A DNA stretch of 64,000 nucleotides from Myxococcota bacterium. GTDB taxonomy: Bacteria > Myxococcota_A > UBA9160 > SZUA-336. The DNA is taken from positions 224,001 to 288,000 of the forward strand of contig CBDFGR010000001.1 of NCBI GenBank assembly GCA_965247115.1. Reading direction: 5' to 3'. Under the pieces are notes generated by a model. It did no database searches. It was not told where the DNA came from and was given only the letters and a program-made list of their open reading frames with translations. Made by a program: the position numbers and the translations under genes. Shown in pieces: positions 58,601 through 64,000 of this stretch (position 1 is the first letter of the stretch; every line of letters begins with the position of its first letter).

Positions 58601-61600
58601 ACGACCGTATCGACGTGGGCAATCACCCCGAGTTTGACCTGCCCGTCTACTCCTGGTCCATGTGGGTCAAGGGAACGGTTGCGCCGGACTCCTCAGGCCC
58701 GAACGAGCACGTGTTGTGGAACGGGGACTACAACTTCTCGTTCGCCTGGGGACACAGCGCGGCCTTCATGCAGGCCGCCACCCACAAGGATTCCGAAGCC
58801 TGGCAAGCCGCCCAGATCGCCACGACGCTCGTGGCAGACACCTGGTACTACATCACCGGAACCTATGACAGCGCCAACATCCGGGTCTATCTGAACGGGG
58901 GTCTGGAGGACACGCAGGCTGCCGGAACGCCAGTCGCCACAACGGACGTGCTGATGATCGGCTATGCCGATATCGCGGCTTTCGCGGGTCAGATCGACGA
59001 GGTCCGCGTCTCTGACAGCGCCCGCTCCGCCTCCTGGATCCAGACCTCCTACAACAACCAGAGTGCCCCGGGCGGATTCGGGAGCGTCGGTGACGAGGTC
59101 TACCCCTCCCAGGCCTCGGCCTCCGTAGGCGGAACGATCATCTCATCGGTCACTGACAGCGACATCGTCACGGGTGGAAAGACGCTCGTGATCACGCTGA
59201 CGGGCGATACGTGGGTGGCGGCAGGTGGCACTTGCAACGGAGCTGTCGGCGACGTCTGTGGTGATGGGACAGTCTACGCGGGTACGTCACCTGACGGCAG
59301 TGTGGATATGTGGGTCACCCGATGTGATGAAGGACAATCCTGGACTGGCAGCTGCACCGGTACCCGATCTCTGTATAGCTGGAACAATGGCACAACAAAT
59401 TGGACCACTACTGGGATTAACAACTTCATAACAGGTAAAGCCAACACCACGGCGCTCGACGTTCTAGTAGACGCGGGCTCTGGCTATCTGGCTGCCGAGG
59501 CCTGTGAAGCGTTGAGTCTCAATGGACACACAGATTGGTATCTGCCCGCTCACGATGAGATGGAGGTGATGTATACCAATAGAGTCGCAATCGGAGGCTT
59601 TGACACCAGCCAATATTGGTCGTCCTCGGAGGACGATAACAACGGCGTCTGGGAAATCAGCTTCTCTGATGGCAGTTGGAACGCCGGGGGCGGCAACAAA
59701 TCCTTCTCAGACACTGTCCGGTGTGCGAGGACTGGTGCCGGAGGAGGTGGGGCTTTTGATTCTGAGCGGCAGAACATCATCAACGGATTGACTTCTGCAC
59801 AGTCTGAAACGACTGGATGGAATAACGAGGTAAGAGACAAGCAACTTGTCGGTGGCGTTGTGCGGACCAGCGACACCGTGGTCACGATCACGCTGGACGC
59901 GCAGGCCAGTTATGACATTACAGCCAGTGAAACGATCGAGTCGACGATTCCTGCCACGGCACTGGTAACATCCGGCAGTGCACTTACGGCGACACCAACG
60001 TTTGATATCACGGCCGTCGTGGTTGGAGCTGCGGAGTGGGAGTTCGACGATGGCAGCGGCCAGACCGCGGCCGACTCGTCGGGCAACTCCCGCGACGCGA
60101 CGCTCGGCAGCACGGGCTCCTCCGACACCAATGATCCCGCCTGGCTGACCTGCGCCATTGGCGGCAGCGTGCTCGAGTTCGACGGCGTGAACGACTACGT
60201 CGAGGACGCCGATGGCGAGCTCTACATCAACAGCCTGGACAAGTTCACGCTCTCGGCCTGGATCAAGGCCGACGCCGTCGGCACGGACAGGGGCTTCGTC
60301 CACACGATCGTCCCGGACAACAGCGACAGCCAACTCGGCATCCGGCACGACTCCTCCGGTTCGCTGGGAGGCGGCACGAACGTCTTCAAGGTCGGTCTCG
60401 ACGTGAATAGCGTGCCCGGGGCCCAGCAGCTCGAGAGCTCCAATAGCGCTCAGACAACGAGCTGGCAGCACGTCGCCGTGGTGTGGAAGAGCGGTGATCC
60501 GCTCAAGCTGTACATCGACGGCAACCTGGACACGCCGACCTACAACAGCGCCGGAGTCGTCGGCACCGTCACCAACGCTACCACGCTGCGCATCGGTCAG
60601 GGCGGAAAGGACGACGTCCTGGGTGGCTGGGACGGTCTAGTCGACCAGGTCCGTTTCTTCGACACCAACCTGAACGCGTCGGAGATCAGCGCACTCGCAG
60701 CCACGGCGCCATCGGGCTGTGCTGCGGGGCCGGTAGCCCACTGGGACTTCGACGAGGGCAGCGGCCAGACGGCAGCCGACTCCTCGGGGTTCGGTAACGA
60801 CGGTCAGCTCGGGAGCACGACCGGCGTGGACGCGAATGATCCGACCTGGGAGTGCGTCACCGGTGGCTACGCATTGGATTTCAACGGGACCAGCGATTAT
60901 GTGGACCTGGGAAGTCCTGCTTCGCTGAATCTCACTACCACATACAGCGTTGCCGGATGGGTCAAATGGAAAGGGGGAAACCCTAATGCCGTCATCTACG
61001 CATCTGGCGATGCAAATGCCGATCATTATCGAGTTGATGTAAACAACTGCACGGCCAATGGGCTAAGCCTGCGAGAGGATGGCGACGCCTGCCACCCGGC
61101 AACCAGTGACCTCCTGCCCGCCGATACCTGGCATCACATCGCGGTCATCAAAGACGGTGATACGGGAACGAATCTAGCTTTCTACCTGGATGGAGTAAGT
61201 GATGGCACTGCTTCAGCCGGCACCTCTGGAGCCACTGGACTGAAGAGAATCGGGGCTCGAACAGAAGCCACAGACATGTTCTTCGATGGCGTCCTCGACG
61301 ATCTTCGCATCTACGACCGCGCTTTGAGCGGGGCCGAGGTCAGCGCCCTCGCCGCATCCCCGCCTGCTGCATGCCCGATGGCCCTCGTCGCTCGCTACTG
61401 GATGGAGGAGGTTGCGAGCGGCCAGAGTCCGGCACAGCTGATTGACGATCAGGTGAGTCCGCTCGACCTGTCCATCACCTATGACGGCGCGAATCCTACC
61501 TACATCGCACCGTCGACCGGAAGGGGCTGGTCCTCTGCGACCACCACCAACAATGGGCGCGCATCCATTCTGGCTGATAGTACGAAGATCCAGACAGCTC

Positions 61601-64000
61601 TGGACGGCTCGACAAAGGCCAGTATCGAGCTCGTCGTGCGCGTGGATGCGGCCAGCTCCAGTGGTACGCGCCTCATCCATATCGGAAGCTCCACGGAGTC
61701 GGGCCATTTCACAGTCGAAGCAAGCCCGACCAAGATTGAATTCTACTTGTTCGGCGAGACGATCAGGGGAGAGTGGAATCCCGCCTGGGATGCCACGCGG
61801 ATGGCGTTCCACCTGGTGTACGACTCCACCCAGCCGACAGCAGCTGATCGCGTGAAGCTCTACAAGAACGGCGTATTGCTCTCGAAGACCGGCGGCACCG
61901 ACCCACCTCTGAACGAGACCATCAGTGTTCCGGCGGGCAAGTACTTCGTGATCGGCAACCGCGAAGTCGGTGGTCGATCCCTTGACGGCGACATCACGTA
62001 CGCTGCAGTCTACGACGGAGCGCTAAGCGCATCCGAGATCTCCAGCCAAGCGACTGCTCTCTTGGCGAATGATGACTCTGTACCGGCCGCGGCAGGAACC
62101 CTCTACCGCTCCGTTGGAACGAACGGGACTGACCTCAATACGAGCGCCCGTACCGTCGAAGTCTCCGGTACAACGGCGACCTTCAGTGGAAGCATGCCCG
62201 CCAATGTCGGCGTCGGCGACGTGCTCCAGTACCAGGTCGCAGCAACGTGGTACGTCGCCGTCATCTCCGGCCGGACGAGCAACACCGTCTACACCGTTAA
62301 GAGCGCGAGCGGCGCCACGCCTCAGGCGGCTGTGGCTGGGACGGCTGTGAACGTGTACCGGGCGTACACCTCGCTCAACAAGTGGGAGTCCCAGAACGAG
62401 AACGACTCTCTCAACGATCTTGTCGAGGACTTTGACACCTCCACGGACCTGGTCACCGCCAATACGATCATGCAGGTCGCGGCGTACGCAGACGGGGTAG
62501 AGACCGACGGGGGCGCCCTCTCCATCGATGGATGGACTACGGGGCCGACCAACTACATTCGGATCTACACGCCGGTTTCGAGCAGCGAGGTCGGTATCAG
62601 CCAGCGCCACACGGGTGTGGCAGGAACTGGCTACGTGCGCCGACCAACGACCGCGACAACGGCGACTTGCTATAGCCTTCTTGACATCAGAGAGAGCCAC
62701 GTCCGCGTCGAAGGCCTCGAGCTCGACGGCTCCGGCGTCACCACCGGCCGATCCCTGCGGGGCATTCACACGGACTCCCAGGCAGCCGGAAACGACATCC
62801 GCATCTCACATAACCTGATCCACGACATCCGCAACTCGACCGCGGATGACAGCGCTGCGCGCTCCGTCGAAGGTATCTATGTACAAGCTGCAAGCGGCGA
62901 TACCTACAGCATTTCGAACAACATCATCTATGCAATCGAGAATCTCTCCGCGCACGTCTGGTCAAATGTTCGGGGTATGTGGCTGGATACTGGAGCTGCT
63001 GGTACCTCGTACGTCTTCAACAACACCGTCTACGACGTCTTGAACAGTGGCAGCGCAAACGACGGTGTAGGGATCAAGCTCAGGACTGACTCTCACACCT
63101 ACCAGCTCAAGAACAACTACGTCGGGAAGATCACCATGTCGGGCGGCATCCCGACTGCCTACGAGGTACCCGGAGCGCCGACGATTGTCGCCAACAACAA
63201 CGTCTCCTCGGATGCGACGGCCGACGACTTCGGTGGCGCCGGCAACGTGATCAACCAGAGCACCTACGCGAGCTATTTCACAAATGTAACAGCAGGCAGC
63301 GAGGACCTGCACCTGGTGGCCGACTCAAACGCGCTCTGGGGCACCTATGGTGAGGATCTCGATAGCGACCCGAACTTGCCGGTGACGCTCGACATCGATG
63401 GTGATACGCGGGACAGCGGTCAGCCCGATGTCGGCGCGGACGAGGTCTCGCTGACTGGGATGACGACGACCTCGACCGATGGGATCTGGTCGGGAACCGA
63501 GCGCTACATCCATCACGCCAACGGCAACTACTGGGCGGTCTTCTATGACGGCTCGGAGGGCGTGATCTTCTCGTCCGCGGACGGCTCGAGCTGGACGTCG
63601 CAGGGCAACGTGAACGTGACGGCGAGTGAGATCGAGCAGCCGTCAGACATCTCGGCCCGCTTCTCGGGGACCACGGTCATCGTGGCCTACGGCGACGACA
63701 ACGCACCGATTCCCTACAACCAGCTGTACTACCGCCACGGCACGCTCAATGCCGGCGGGACGGTGACCTGGTGGCCCGCAGCAAGCGACGAGCTGATCAT
63801 CCAGGCCGGGAATCACGAAAAGCGCACGCACGCGGCCTTCGACAGCAACAGCTTGCCCTGGATTGGGGGCGCTGGCGATGACGAGGAGCGCTTCAACGTG
63901 CACCGCGGAAGCGCAGCACAGAGCCCCACGTGGACGGACCGGAGCACTACCAACTATGGCGGAACCACGCAGGGCGGGCCGCACTCGACCGTGCTCTTCC
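55609..64000 (+). CDS. Giant secreted multidomain adhesin-like protein (>2790 aa, 3'-partial): 2x DUF2341+LamG, DUF1566, further LamG, beta-helix
   Basis: No in-frame stop found reading frame +1 from GTG 55609 to the window end; signal peptide ..LLCAVALDANA; W.YRK.ITID..NFPVL, YVGVWHL, IDEVR, DIDG..R...DVGADE motifs; missing from the ORF track, consistent with lacking a stop. Confidence 0.9.
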   Translation, partial: MTVLPPWHGFARIAGSRAFAALLVLLLCAVALDANAADGDFIIVREATAGDGITTENSWATLDWDTTVKDEGAARPTLSGGNQILLDAGHHLILYSVKATQASGANDRTAWANRLQLAGGTLAYGYGFAYMRDNEGAQGAASFGGAIIDVATDDDALTLQWARQDSNSGSSVTRDANASGLQVLKLADSLDYLRIREVGGGQDFNTTTFTSVDWDTSDETDTGSFGFTPSSTNITLKGPSGTLFLTFANVGLTGTSVRKNTELAFFLDGSELAGSRTTAYDRGSGNINEAWLSGAFLIAKTSASDQTLTVRARREDTNAGAITVRGGETGLTIVALPADAEAIRLTHSAVQDLNTAGPDTFPWDTEDQEDAAAFTHDPVTNNSRIAVDVADDYLFFAQAYAENNGVSRVRPLIRLRKNGGSDLPYAMGMGYGRNSEGSVNAGVWVGTIAEDLVANDYFEATHTRGATNTGAFNSDQLYFWGLRIGSLSGGGDWYASAWPYRKTITIDSAQVPSDQTNFPVLISLGDSHIGANARADGFDLLFTDTDGVTKLDHEIETYTTADGTVVAWVRVPLLTSATDKVIHLYYGNSGASDQQNAAGVWDSDYVGVWHLKEDPGPGSPGDIKDSTGNAFHGTTIDPMTSGDQGPGQINGSIDFTATGDEIIGPTNAALDLIATDFTISAWALNPVSSWKTIVANAQGDTNGWSFRTSASGQIELVLGNGSSGTYTTGTTTAPAGWVHMTATFVDSSNTVSFFLNGAADGTDTFTSTLTASDYLAIGRRPTGGNSYDNWLDEVRISKKSRSADWIQTEYNNQSNAGIGGFLSGVGDSETEDSWYDADWQRRKKITIDSTQVIADETNFPVLISFTDGQVGASSRADGFDLLFTDTDGITKLDHEIETFTTPAGTLVAWVRIPLLTSSVDKVIYLYYGNSGAADQQNASDVWDTSYIGVWHLKEDPAGGAPQAKDSTTSAKHGTSAGGMTSGDQIPGAINGSLDFDADDRIDVGNHPEFDLPVYSWSMWVKGTVAPDSSGPNEHVLWNGDYNFSFAWGHSAAFMQAATHKDSEAWQAAQIATTLVADTWYYITGTYDSANIRVYLNGGLEDTQAAGTPVATTDVLMIGYADIAAFAGQIDEVRVSDSARSASWIQTSYNNQSAPGGFGSVGDEVYPSQASASVGGTIISSVTDSDIVTGGKTLVITLTGDTWVAAGGTCNGAVGDVCGDGTVYAGTSPDGSVDMWVTRCDEGQSWTGSCTGTRSLYSWNNGTTNWTTTGINNFITGKANTTALDVLVDAGSGYLAAEACEALSLNGHTDWYLPAHDEMEVMYTNRVAIGGFDTSQYWSSSEDDNNGVWEISFSDGSWNAGGGNKSFSDTVRCARTGAGGGGAFDSERQNIINGLTSAQSETTGWNNEVRDKQLVGGVVRTSDTVVTITLDAQASYDITASETIESTIPATALVTSGSALTATPTFDITAVVVGAAEWEFDDGSGQTAADSSGNSRDATLGSTGSSDTNDPAWLTCAIGGSVLEFDGVNDYVEDADGELYINSLDKFTLSAWIKADAVGTDRGFVHTIVPDNSDSQLGIRHDSSGSLGGGTNVFKVGLDVNSVPGAQQLESSNSAQTTSWQHVAVVWKSGDPLKLYIDGNLDTPTYNSAGVVGTVTNATTLRIGQGGKDDVLGGWDGLVDQVRFFDTNLNASEISALAATAPSGCAAGPVAHWDFDEGSGQTAADSSGFGNDGQLGSTTGVDANDPTWECVTGGYALDFNGTSDYVDLGSPASLNLTTTYSVAGWVKWKGGNPNAVIYASGDANADHYRVDVNNCTANGLSLREDGDACHPATSDLLPADTWHHIAVIKDGDTGTNLAFYLDGVSDGTASAGTSGATGLKRIGARTEATDMFFDGVLDDLRIYDRALSGAEVSALAASPPAACPMALVARYWMEEVASGQSPAQLIDDQVSPLDLSITYDGANPTYIAPSTGRGWSSATTTNNGRASILADSTKIQTALDGSTKASIELVVRVDAASSSGTRLIHIGSSTESGHFTVEASPTKIEFYLFGETIRGEWNPAWDATRMAFHLVYDSTQPTAADRVKLYKNGVLLSKTGGTDPPLNETISVPAGKYFVIGNREVGGRSLDGDITYAAVYDGALSASEISSQATALLANDDSVPAAAGTLYRSVGTNGTDLNTSARTVEVSGTTATFSGSMPANVGVGDVLQYQVAATWYVAVISGRTSNTVYTVKSASGATPQAAVAGTAVNVYRAYTSLNKWESQNENDSLNDLVEDFDTSTDLVTANTIMQVAAYADGVETDGGALSIDGWTTGPTNYIRIYTPVSSSEVGISQRHTGVAGTGYVRRPTTATTATCYSLLDIRESHVRVEGLELDGSGVTTGRSLRGIHTDSQAAGNDIRISHNLIHDIRNSTADDSAARSVEGIYVQAASGDTYSISNNIIYAIENLSAHVWSNVRGMWLDTGAAGTSYVFNNTVYDVLNSGSANDGVGIKLRTDSHTYQLKNNYVGKITMSGGIPTAYEVPGAPTIVANNNVSSDATADDFGGAGNVINQSTYASYFTNVTAGSEDLHLVADSNALWGTYGEDLDSDPNLPVTLDIDGDTRDSGQPDVGADEVSLTGMTTTSTDGIWSGTERYIHHANGNYWAVFYDGSEGVIFSSADGSSWTSQGNVNVTASEIEQPSDISARFSGTTVIVAYGDDNAPIPYNQLYYRHGTLNAGGTVTWWPAASDELIIQAGNHEKRTHAAFDSNSLPWIGGAGDDEERFNVHRGSAAQSPTWTDRSTTNYGGTTQGGPHSTVLF
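57085..59060 (+). repeat. Intragenic tandem duplication of the DUF2341-LamG module (~57085-58050, ~58108-59060)
   Basis: Near-identical DNA such as GACGAACTTCCCCGTCCT, AAGCTCGA(T/C)CACGAGATCGAGACGT, TACTACGGGAACTCCGGGGC in both copies. Confidence 0.85.

Noticed and set aside
59227..59751. Diversity-generating retroelement
   Set aside because: Target-like fold present, but no reverse transcriptase or template repeat is seen in the window
55602..63984. Numerous listed ORFs in the last 8.4 kb
   Set aside because: Antisense or off-frame shadows of the single giant frame +1 ORF

Overview
High-GC bacterial chromosomal window. The gene content (FYDLN-type Zn-ribbon, PilZ, FHA, HDOD/GGDEF proteins and this type of Y1 transposase) suggests Myxococcota or a related deltaproteobacterial lineage; this is inference only. 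Positions 1-51.5 kb are mostly housekeeping and metabolic genes: apt, msrPQ, dsbD, msrB, pfkA, pgi, mutL-miaA, der, queA-tgt and tRNA-Arg(CCU). They are interrupted by a decaying REP-associated (Y1/HUH) transposase gene and two oppositely oriented copies of a ~120-bp REPIN-like palindrome. Each palindrome is surrounded by an orientation-dependent, strand-biased codon skew consistent with C->T change. At 51.6-55.4 kb, two convergent tRNA genes enclose a collapsed island: tRNA-fMet on one side and a tRNA-Leu(UAA) split by a 238-nt group I intron after U33 on the other. The island holds a frameshifted TIR-domain defence-type gene and the C-terminal halves of two different tyrosine integrases joined back-to-back by one IS5-family element. 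From 55609 to the window end runs a giant secreted mosaic adhesin-like ORF (>2790 aa) that is absent from the ORF track. It carries DUF2341/LamG repeats and a DUF1566-type lectin domain apparently nested inside another domain. No CRISPR array or rRNA was seen. Family assignments come from motif recognition, not database searches.
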